Below, piece by piece: positions 1 to 6,580 of a stretch of DNA of 32,000 nucleotides (position 1 is the first letter of the stretch; every line of letters starts with the position of its first letter). Where the stretch lies: positions 630,001 through 662,000 of the forward strand of contig NZ_LT934425.1 of NCBI RefSeq assembly GCF_900232105.1, written 5' to 3'. Below the pieces are notes generated by a model. It saw only the letters and a program-made list of their open reading frames with translations, ran no database searches and was not told the origin of the DNA. The translations under genes were made by a program, and so were the position numbers. This stretch comes from Candidatus Kuenenia stuttgartensis (GTDB lineage Bacteria > Planctomycetota > Brocadiia > Brocadiales > Brocadiaceae).

Positions 1-546
1 GGCCGTAAACCGTTTATAATCCTCCGGGGAAATACGCAAGGAAACGATCTTATTATTCCCAACATAAGAAAGAGCCTCTGCTACAACGTGTTTTACAATG
101 CTGGCGCCATTTTCGTTAATTTCATAACCAACAACTTTATTCGCAACAGCCAATACGAAATGTATGATCTCCGATTCGGAGTCCTTCCAGATTATTTCTC
201 TTTTCTCCGTTAATTGTTTCACCGCATCCTCAAGCAGTGTGATCAATGCTGCATATTTTCTTTTTGTTTTTTCTATCTCTGATTGAAACTCCTTTTCCGC
301 AGAGAGTTTCCCCTCTTTGAAGGCTTCTTCTCTCACCAGTCTGATTTCTTGTTCTTTTAACGCCCTTAATTCATTTTCCTTTGCTAATTCAAGTTCTTTC
401 AGTTTTTCTTCTTCTTTTATATTTATTAACTCTTCTTCTGTTTTAAGCGTGTTTATTTGCTTTTTATGAGAATGAGGTATTACAGTCTCTATAACTTTCA
501 CTCCCTTTATAACAGGTAAGGAATAAACGCGCTTCCCGGTTTTCAT
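1..546 (-). CDS. fliH: Flagellar assembly protein FliH, first ~181 codons (3' end lies beyond the left window edge)
   Basis: Open at the window edge, so absent from the ORF track. Minus-strand translation from ATG 546-544 reads MKTGKRVYSLPVIKGVKVIETV..KEEEKLKELELAKENELRALKEQEIRLVREEAFKEGKLSAEKEF..IIHFVLAVANKVVGYEINENGASIVKHVVAEALSYVGNNKIVSLRISPEDYKRF. This is a Glu/Lys-rich coiled coil followed by a FliH/YscL-type C-domain pattern. ATGA overlap with the fliG stop; fliF-fliG-fliH synteny. Confidence 0.7.
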   Translation of the reverse strand, partial: MKTGKRVYSLPVIKGVKVIETVIPHSHKKQINTLKTEEELINIKEEEKLKELELAKENELRALKEQEIRLVREEAFKEGKLSAEKEFQSEIEKTKRKYAALITLLEDAVKQLTEKREIIWKDSESEIIHFVLAVANKVVGYEINENGASIVKHVVAEALSYVGNNKIVSLRISPEDYKRFTA

Positions 547-1571
547 ACTAATTTATCGTCCTTGCCGGAAGACCCCCCCTTCTTTTGAACAACATTTTCG
601 CCCTTTGCTTCCAACCGCTTTACCGCCTCTACAATTTGCAATTGTGCGCTCTGCACTTCGGACAACAATCTCGGCCCCAACAGCTCTCTTTCTTCCCTCA
701 CCGTCTCGCCAATACGTTTAGACATGTTTTTGAAAAACTTTGTCTCAACCTCCGCATTCGCCGTTTTTAATGCAAGCGCAATAACATTTATATCCACCTC
801 TGTAAGTATTTTTCTAAACGCTTCATCAAGAACATAAATCATATCATCAAAAGTAAACATCAACTTCTTTATTTCTTCAGCAAGCTCCGGATTTCTACGG
901 CTTATTTGTTCAATCACATCCTTATCCACTCCGCCCTCCAGCCCACCAATAATCTCCGAGGCAAATTTATGCCTTTTCTTCGCAGGCGTCTTCCGTCTTC
1001 TTCCTTCCGTTTTTATCTTTGCCATAACTACCTCGTTTACCTTGGTAATTAAACTTATCGGAGGAAGTTCGAGCGTTGCGATCCTCATGATAATATCAGA
1101 TTGTGCTTCCAGGGGAAATCTGGACAACAGCCTGGAGGCGCGTTCCGGTTCCGTATATGATAGTATAAGTGCAATCGTTTGCGGGTGTTCTCCTATCAGC
1201 AACCGCATGTATTCATCGTCAGAAACATCCTTTAAATTGGAAAAAGGCGTGGGGAGCATCACCCCTTGCTCCACATTCGCTATGATATCATCGCTTTTGT
1301 CTGTCCCAATCGCTTTTTCAAGTATCTTTCTAAAAGCATTTTTATCATGCTCCACCAGGCCGCCGCAGAGTTTCATTTCTTGCCGGAGTTCATCCAAAAC
1401 GGCGTCCACGATCTCATTATCCACATTTTCCATGCGGGTAATTTCGGCGGATACCGCCACAATCTGATTCTCATCAAAGGTCTTAAGTATTTCCGAAGCG
1501 ACGTCTGGATCAAGTATAGACAAGGCAATTGCTGCCTTTTGTATGCCTGACAAGTTTAATTTCGTTTTCAT
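543..1571 (-). CDS. fliG: Flagellar motor switch protein FliG
   Basis: 342-aa ORF. FliG pattern throughout: N-terminal AAIALSILD, middle-domain EHPQTIALILSY, C-terminal region IKKLMFTFDDM. Starts 29 nt after the fliF stop. Confidence 0.93.
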   Translation of the reverse strand: MKTKLNLSGIQKAAIALSILDPDVASEILKTFDENQIVAVSAEITRMENVDNEIVDAVLDELRQEMKLCGGLVEHDKNAFRKILEKAIGTDKSDDIIANVEQGVMLPTPFSNLKDVSDDEYMRLLIGEHPQTIALILSYTEPERASRLLSRFPLEAQSDIIMRIATLELPPISLITKVNEVVMAKIKTEGRRRKTPAKKRHKFASEIIGGLEGGVDKDVIEQISRRNPELAEEIKKLMFTFDDMIYVLDEAFRKILTEVDINVIALALKTANAEVETKFFKNMSKRIGETVREERELLGPRLLSEVQSAQLQIVEAVKRLEAKGENVVQKKGGSSGKDDKLV

Positions 1572-1600
1572 ATCGGTATAATATCCTGTTCTTTACATTA

Positions 1601-3355
1601 TTACGATGAGATATATTCTCCTTCTATCCACCTCTTTAATGCTGTCGAGGTAAGATCGGTATCCTTCTGCATATGTCCGAGTATTAATTTCCGTTTTTTC
1701 TCTCTTTTCATTCCTTCCATTATTTCTTCAGGATTTTCCGACTCTTCCATCGCCAGCATTTCTTCTACTGCCGCTTCCAATTCCTCCTTTGTGTATTGGA
1801 TGCCTTGCCGCTCTTTGCTTATGCGTAATTCTTCAAACAGTTTATTCCTGCCGGCAGTATCGTCATGCTGCATTTTGGCAAATCCTTGCTTACCAGACTT
1901 TCCCTTAGCCGAAAAGTGTTCCATTTCAACCGTAGGTGCTGCCTTCTTTTTAATCTTCTTCATGCTTCGCAGCATAAACATCAGAAACATCAGCACTGTT
2001 ATGCCGAGCGAACCGTTTTTGGCCAGTTTTAACATAAATTCTTTTTGTTGCTCCTTCTTTAAAATTGCTTCTTCCTCTGCATAATCAGCTTCATAAAACT
2101 GTACATTTTGTATCTCAAAACTATCATTGCGGGAAACCATATTTACCCCCAACGCCTGTTTTACAAGAGAAGCAATTCCCTTCATTTCCTCATTATTTCT
2201 GGAAACATATGTTTGTTGTATTTTTCCATCTTCGGACTCAATTTTTTCATACTTGCCATCAACAAGAACAGCAACGGACAATCTTTTCAAATTCGCTCCG
2301 TGATCTGAAACCATACGTTCTACCTTGCTTAATTCATATTGCGTTTGCGCAGTTTCTTCCTCTTCGGAAGAACCGGAGGATTGAAGCATACTTGATTGCG
2401 ATAAGTTAAGATTTGCCTGCATTCCGGGAACACCTCCCCCCGAAAACGGAGTACCGCCGGATACCTTGGTAGTTACCGTTTGAACCTTAGGCACCCTGCG
2501 TTCAGGATCAAACTCAATTTGTTTTTCATCTACATGACGAAAATCCAGGTCAGCGCTTACCCTGACAACAGATTTTCCCGCTCCAACAATCCTGTCCAAC
2601 ATATCCTGAGCCTTCGCCACGTAATATTCTTCTATTTTTTTCTTTATTTCCAATTGATCATTACTTGCGCCTGTCTGTGAGAAAGGAGATTCTTTCTCCG
2701 AAAGCAGGTTGCCCCGAGTATCGGTTACCGTAACATTTTCAGGGATTAATCCCTCGACGCTGGAGCTTACCAAATGTACGATACTTGCAACTCGTTCCGG
2801 TTTTAACTTACCGCCGGTTTTTAGTTTCAACACAACGGATGCCGTTGGGGGTTTTTCATCTTCAACAAATAAAGATTTCTCAGGTATGGCAAGGTGTACC
2901 TGCGCCCAATCTACAAAATCCAGATGTTTAATTGTTTTCGCAAGTTCGCCCTGGATTGCCCTGCGATAATTTATCTTCTGGATAAAATCAGAAGAGCCAA
3001 AGCCTACCTTGTCCAGTAACTCATACCCGGTTTGTTCATGGGGCAAACCTTCACTGGCAAACTTGAGCCTCATCTCATAAATCTTATCATTGGGAACGAG
3101 AATCGTAGTCCCATTCCCACTTATTCTGTATGGAATATTCGCTTCCCTCAGATGATTTATAATCTCCCCGCTTTCTTTCGGGCTTAATTCTCCGTACAAT
3201 AATCCAAAGTCTGGTTTCCTGGCCCATTGCATTACCCCAACTATGCCAATCAGAAATGACAGGGTTAACGATATCATAATAAATTTATGCGAAAAACTAA
3301 TTTCCTTCCAAACATTCTTTAACTGCCCTGTAAAACTATTCATGTCTAAATTCAT
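1601..3355 (-). CDS. fliF: Flagellar M-ring protein FliF
   Basis: ORF 1601-3442. I place the start at ATG 3355 (MNLDMNSF..) because AAAGGAG lies 8 nt upstream on the minus strand. N-terminal TM helix (FIMISLTLSFLIGIVGVMQW), YscJ/FliF ring region (LSPKESGEIINHLREANIPYRISGNGTTILVP), second TM near the C-terminus, acidic tail. Confidence 0.92.
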   Translation of the reverse strand: MNLDMNSFTGQLKNVWKEISFSHKFIMISLTLSFLIGIVGVMQWARKPDFGLLYGELSPKESGEIINHLREANIPYRISGNGTTILVPNDKIYEMRLKFASEGLPHEQTGYELLDKVGFGSSDFIQKINYRRAIQGELAKTIKHLDFVDWAQVHLAIPEKSLFVEDEKPPTASVVLKLKTGGKLKPERVASIVHLVSSSVEGLIPENVTVTDTRGNLLSEKESPFSQTGASNDQLEIKKKIEEYYVAKAQDMLDRIVGAGKSVVRVSADLDFRHVDEKQIEFDPERRVPKVQTVTTKVSGGTPFSGGGVPGMQANLNLSQSSMLQSSGSSEEEETAQTQYELSKVERMVSDHGANLKRLSVAVLVDGKYEKIESEDGKIQQTYVSRNNEEMKGIASLVKQALGVNMVSRNDSFEIQNVQFYEADYAEEEAILKKEQQKEFMLKLAKNGSLGITVLMFLMFMLRSMKKIKKKAAPTVEMEHFSAKGKSGKQGFAKMQHDDTAGRNKLFEELRISKERQGIQYTKEELEAAVEEMLAMEESENPEEIMEGMKREKKRKLILGHMQKDTDLTSTALKRWIEGEYISS

Positions 3356-3605
3356 AGTAAATGCTCCTTTGATGGTTATGAGTATTTTATTGGTACGTTC
3401 GGATACAAAGCAATTACAATACCAACAGATAGCAATGGACACGCCAACAACAAAAATGTCCTATCATATTGATAAATAATACATTACAAGAACAGGTAAA
3501 ATATTGTTTTCAAAACGAATTCGGGCGAATGAAGGTGGAAGTCGATAATTACACTCTACTGTAAATTGAGTGTATATTATTTTAACAGAAAGACGGGAGG
3601 GTATA

Positions 3606-3728
3606 GGAGCATTCCAGATTTTTTGTAACCGTTTGTGTGATTGGGGGCAAAATAACGTTGCCAGGGGTTAAGACTACTCTACGTTTCATTAAAACATGGG
3701 AGATGTCACAAAAAACCGGGAATGCACC
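3606..3728. repeat. MITE-like hairpin unit bounded by inverted copies of GGAGCATTCC(A/C)GATTTTT
   Basis: GGAGCATTCCAGATTTTTT at 3606-3624 and the degenerate inverted copy AAAAAACCGGGAATGCACC at 3710-3728. The same termini recur at 3931-4078. Confidence 0.7.
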
Positions 3729-3777
3729 TGTATCAACCCCACAAGGGCATGAAAGCAGCAAGGGATGTGGTAAACCT

Positions 3778-3918
3778 GTCCCCCGCTGGCGGGGGATTAA
3801 GGGGGTGGAATTGTCTGCGGAGCGTGGGAAAGAGGGTCAAATTTGTTTTTATAATAAAGGGGTAGTTGAATCGGTGGAGAAATCCAGTCCACCCCCTGCA
3901 CCCCCGCCAGCGGGGGAC
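3778..3918. repeat. G/C-rich long-armed hairpin repeat
   Basis: Left arm GTCCCCCGCTGGCGGGGGATTAAGGGGGTGG (3778-3808) is the near-perfect reverse complement of the right arm CCACCCCCTGCACCCCCGCCAGCGGGGGAC (3889-3918). A related arm occurs at 16005-16036. Confidence 0.75.
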
Positions 3919-3930
3919 ATAGTTTGAACA

Positions 3931-4078
3931 GGAGCATTCCCGATTTTTGGTTAACTAATTGTACATTGTAACACAAGCATCCAGCTTGTGGTATTTTACC
4001 CTCAAGCTGGAAGCTTGAGTTACTATTCTTCCCCTCCCCCCTGCTAATGGCATTTTTACAAAAAATCGGGAATGCTCC
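3931..4078. repeat. Second MITE-like unit with GGAGCATTCCCGATTTTT termini
   Basis: GGAGCATTCCCGATTTTTGG at 3931-3950 and its inverted copy CAAAAAATCGGGAATGCTCC at 4059-4078. Internal palindrome CTCAAGCTGGAAGCTTGAG. Confidence 0.75.
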
Positions 4079-4195
4079 CGTTGAGTTGAGGAAGGTATTC
4101 TTTTGTCTTATTATTTAAACTGTTTACCAATGTCGAAACAGTCATATGTTGTAACACTAAATTAAAATAGTGATGTTTACCGCATAGTGTATGGA

Positions 4196-4264
4196 CGAAG
4201 CATTTTGCTATAAATTGTCATAAATGCGTTCATACCCAAACACGGGCAAATGCTTCGCCCCTAC
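4196..4264. repeat. Palindromic-armed dispersed element (arms CGAAGCATTTGC / GCAAATGCTTCG, tail CCCCTAC)
   Basis: Arms at 4196-4208 and 4246-4257, tail at 4258-4264. Second copy at 13525-13597 has the same arms and tail, but its loop is the reverse complement of this one. Confidence 0.75.
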
Positions 4265-4305
4265 TTTTTTCAAAAAACCAAAGTGTTACCAAATGTTTGA
4301 CGAGG

Positions 4306-4434
4306 AGTAATTATTCAGCGTAAACGATACACGGCTTGTTACCAAACAGATACTTCACTATGTTCAGTACAAGGTTTGGGAACGAGTTGCGCTCTGATCT
4401 CCGGTAGTTTAATAAATTACGCTGAATAGTTACA
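4306..4434. mobile_element. Non-autonomous MITE (~129 bp) with 17-bp terminal inverted repeats and a 6-bp target-site duplication
   Basis: TIRs GTAATTATTCAGCGTAA (4307-4323) and TTACGCTGAATAGTTAC (4417-4433) match 16/17. Direct repeats ACGAGG abut both ends (4300-4305 and 4435-4440). No ORF inside. A right-half copy lies at 14186-14237. Confidence 0.7.
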
Positions 4435-4536
4435 ACGAGGGAGGAAAAAGAATTATTATTTAAATGAAGAAGGTGCAAATTGATTTTTTGCGGGATGGTA
4501 CATGCGGAACGGGTGGCCTTGGAGTGTGAAAAACGG

Positions 4537-4839
4537 CTATTTTTGTTCTTTCATTACTTCTGTATACGTTTTTACTAACTTATTACGGGCCTCCATCATA
4601 TACTTAAAACTCACCTCCGCTTTTGACATGGCAACCATAACCTCATGTATATTTTCAACTTTGCCCGATGACAAATGCTCTATGCTATCATTGGTTTTTG
4701 TTTGCAACTCATTAATCTCATTAAAAAAACTGCCGAATGCATCCTGAAATGAAGTCCCTTTATCTGTTTGTTTCTTAGAATCAAAGTCATTCTTATGATT
4801 CTGAATTATTTGATCTTTTCCGAGGGGTGATATCGCCAT
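4537..4839 (-). CDS. fliE: Flagellar hook-basal body complex protein FliE
   Basis: The C-terminal two thirds, FQDAFGSFFNEINELQTKTNDSIEHLSSGKVENIHEVMVAMSKAEVSFKYMMEARNKLVKTYTEVMKEQK, fit the FliE family pattern. The track ORF begins at a TTG (4878). ATG 4839 gives a typical 100-aa product. Neither start has a clear SD. Confidence 0.85.
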   Translation of the reverse strand: MAISPLGKDQIIQNHKNDFDSKKQTDKGTSFQDAFGSFFNEINELQTKTNDSIEHLSSGKVENIHEVMVAMSKAEVSFKYMMEARNKLVKTYTEVMKEQK

Positions 4840-4932
4840 AAAAGGAACTCTACATTGTATTGTATAGTTTAAAGGCAAGTCTATATATTTTTTGAATACG
4901 CAACAAACTGATAGACTAAGTATTGGGGATTT

Positions 4933-4960
4933 ATTCTAACAACGTTGCTGGCGGTGTCAA
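4933..4960 (-). promoter_or_regulatory. Sigma-70-like promoter candidate for fliE
   Basis: The minus strand reads TTGACA (4960-4955), a 16-nt spacer ending in TGT, then TAGAAT (4938-4933). This lies ~50-90 nt upstream of the candidate fliE starts. Confidence 0.4.
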
Positions 4961-5144
4961 CAAAAAACCCCGCAATTAAGGTGATGCCATACCTGTCTTT
5001 TTAGAAATATTATTGGTGGATTCGGCGTAAAAACCAACGCCTTAATCCACCCTACTCATAATTTAAACGCAAAGGCAAAAAAAGATTTTTTACCGGATAA
5101 TACTGTAGTAAGATATCCGGAGCAAAAATAATCTATGGTAATTG

Positions 5145-5200
5145 GTCATCAGTCTTTCGTCTTTCGTCTTTCGTCTTTCGTCACTCGTCATTGGTCAATT
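5145..5200. repeat. Heptamer tandem repeat (GTCNNNN)x8 with core (GTCTTTC)x4
   Basis: Reads GTCATCA GTCTTTC GTCTTTC GTCTTTC GTCTTTC GTCACTC GTCATTG GTCAATT directly on the sequence. Confidence 0.9.
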
Positions 5201-5221
5201 GTAAGCTTGTGAATAATTTTT

Positions 5222-5242
5222 TAATCTGTGAAATCTGTGGTT
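5222..5242. repeat. 21-bp motif TAATCTGTGAAATCTGTGGTT (itself a 9-bp tandem AATCTGTGA/AATCTGTGG)
   Basis: Identical 21-mer at 27286-27306. Degenerate copies at 30208-30224 (inverted) and 30281-30296. Confidence 0.85.
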
Positions 5243-5309
5243 CCTCTTTTGTATTACCGTATTTCGTGCATGTTCGGTTCTGGCTTGTCCAGGTTAGGAT
5301 AGTATTGAT

Positions 5310-5714
5310 ATGAAAGTGTTACTGTTCACCCTGTGCCAGGCGGCAAATATTGATATTAAAAATAATTTAAACATCCTCGGTGCCTTCGATATGATTACGA
5401 CGACAAGGGTACCCATTGTATATTCCAGCACCCTTGTATTGAAATTGCGGTTTGGTAAAAGAGACGCGGGGAAGAAGACATTCAGAATATCTTTCATTGA
5501 TGCAGACGGGAAAAAACTATTGCCCACACTAGAAAATGCGTTTTTCGTAACAATTCCAGACGGGAGTTCATTTTGCTTCATGAACTTTATTCACCCAATT
5601 CATAAATTACCGTTGAACCATTTTGGCAATTATTCCATAGATTTTTCTATAGACGGGGCACTTGTCTGGTCGTTTGAGTTGATAGTAGCCGAAGCAAGAA
5701 AAAATGTCACATAG
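5310..5714 (+). CDS. Hypothetical small beta-rich protein (134 aa)
   Basis: Clean ORF with AGGAT 9 nt upstream of the ATG. Alternating hydrophobic pattern and N-terminus MKVLLFTLCQAANIDIKNNLNILGAF. From memory only, this resembles small uncharacterised DUF-type proteins. No functional call. Confidence 0.6.
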   Translation: MKVLLFTLCQAANIDIKNNLNILGAFDMITTTRVPIVYSSTLVLKLRFGKRDAGKKTFRISFIDADGKKLLPTLENAFFVTIPDGSSFCFMNFIHPIHKLPLNHFGNYSIDFSIDGALVWSFELIVAEARKNVT

Positions 5715-5771
5715 CGCTGCAAAGGGGTTTTTACCAGGTGATGCTATAGTTTATTACGTGTCTGAAACCGG

Positions 5772-6377
5772 TTATCCAAATGAGAATCCCATTTTTTTTA
5801 GAATATGGATCCTTTTATCTCTCCATCGAACAAGATCATTTAAACCAATTTGTGGTGTTTTTTTCTCGATTTGTATGAGCTCCGGCAATCCTGATATCAT
5901 TTTGGCGTCAATTTCCGGTCTTCCGCCGTCTATAGACTCTCTAAGGTTGACAAATGCATTTTGTGGCGGAATGTTATACGCTTTTATGAAATGAGAGACA
6001 CTTTGCAAAACGCCCCGAAGGATATATGTTCCGCGTCCGGTAACCGTAACGTTCTCACGTTCAACGAGCCTTTTTGCAAGGCTTTCATCATAAAAAAACC
6101 TTGGCGATAATTCGTCCTGCCGTACAATTTTCAAGTTATTCTGCCCAAACATTTTTCTTGCATGTTCGACAAGAGACCTTTCCTGCTCTTTTATAGAAGA
6201 GAACACTAGCCCGTCTAAGACAACAAATCCATATACTCCTTCGTTTTTCGACACAGTCGTTATGCTGTTCAACAGTCTGGCATGGTATGTCATTTTACCG
6301 GAAGAAGATAAGAGAAAACTCATATATGGACTTACCAATAAATATATTTCTTTTATGTTTCTGCTTTCCTCTAACAT
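5772..6377 (-). CDS. Hypothetical protein (201 aa)
   Basis: Longest ORF in the region, convergent with 5310-5714 (57-bp gap). I recognise no motif. Confidence 0.55.
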   Translation of the reverse strand: MLEESRNIKEIYLLVSPYMSFLLSSSGKMTYHARLLNSITTVSKNEGVYGFVVLDGLVFSSIKEQERSLVEHARKMFGQNNLKIVRQDELSPRFFYDESLAKRLVERENVTVTGRGTYILRGVLQSVSHFIKAYNIPPQNAFVNLRESIDGGRPEIDAKMISGLPELIQIEKKTPQIGLNDLVRWRDKRIHILKKMGFSFG

Positions 6378-6537
6378 ATTTCTTCAAGATTCCTTGCTAG
6401 TCTGCTATCCCTATCTATAACATTATACCCGTCATATTGGGCAGTGAAATTCCGTTTCTTATTCCAATGCCTGTTTGATGTATTTAATATATAATCACAA
6501 AACAAAACCAAGTCAAGGACTATGATTTAATTGTGAA

Positions 6538-6560
6538 GTACGAAATCCGAAACAAATTCC
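6538..6560. repeat. Left arm of a dispersed palindromic repeat (GTACGAAATCCGAAACAAATTCC)
   Basis: Its reverse complement GAATTTGTTTCGGATTTCGTAC occurs at 8414-8435, on the other side of the IS1380 element. Related copies at 12489-12617 and 15970-16006. Confidence 0.7.
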
Positions 6561-6580
6561 AATGGCAAAATGATTTGAAA

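Noticed and set aside
3541-3548. GTCGATAA resembling the sigma-28 -10 element GCCGATAA near fliF
   Set aside because: It is on the plus strand, pointing away from fliF. No TAAA -35 element lies 15 nt upstream and there is no plus-strand gene downstream.
3637-3927. 96-aa plus-strand ORF (..GIKGVELSAERGKEGQ..SSPPPAPPPAGDIV) in the fliE-fliF spacer
   Set aside because: It is built entirely from the arms and loop of repeat hairpins (GGAGCATTCC termini and G/C-rich arms). It has no SD and low-complexity Pro/Gly ends. It looks like a by-product of repeats rather than a gene.
3606-4434. Clustered repeats as a possible degenerate CRISPR array
   Set aside because: The units are inverted (hairpin) repeats of several unrelated families with irregular sizes. 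They are not direct repeats with uniform spacers, and there are no cas genes.
4971-4990. Minus-strand TGGCATCACCTTAATTGC upstream of fliE as a sigma-54 promoter (flagellar genes are often sigma-54 dependent)
   Set aside because: The GG-to-GC distance is 3 nt too long. A well-spaced sigma-70-like TTGACA/TAGAAT pair lies just downstream instead.
5684-5697. 14-nt identity AGTAGCCGAAGCAA between the 3' end of ORF 5310-5714 and 21664-21677. Weakly similar translations (IVAEARKNVT vs AVAEANGKNT) hint at a pseudogene paralogue downstream of hsp20-3.
   Set aside because: For a 32-kb AT-biased window, one to a few chance 14-mer matches are expected (about N^2/2 divided by 4^14). The upstream frame has no start codon, and similarity beyond the short stretch is unconvincing.
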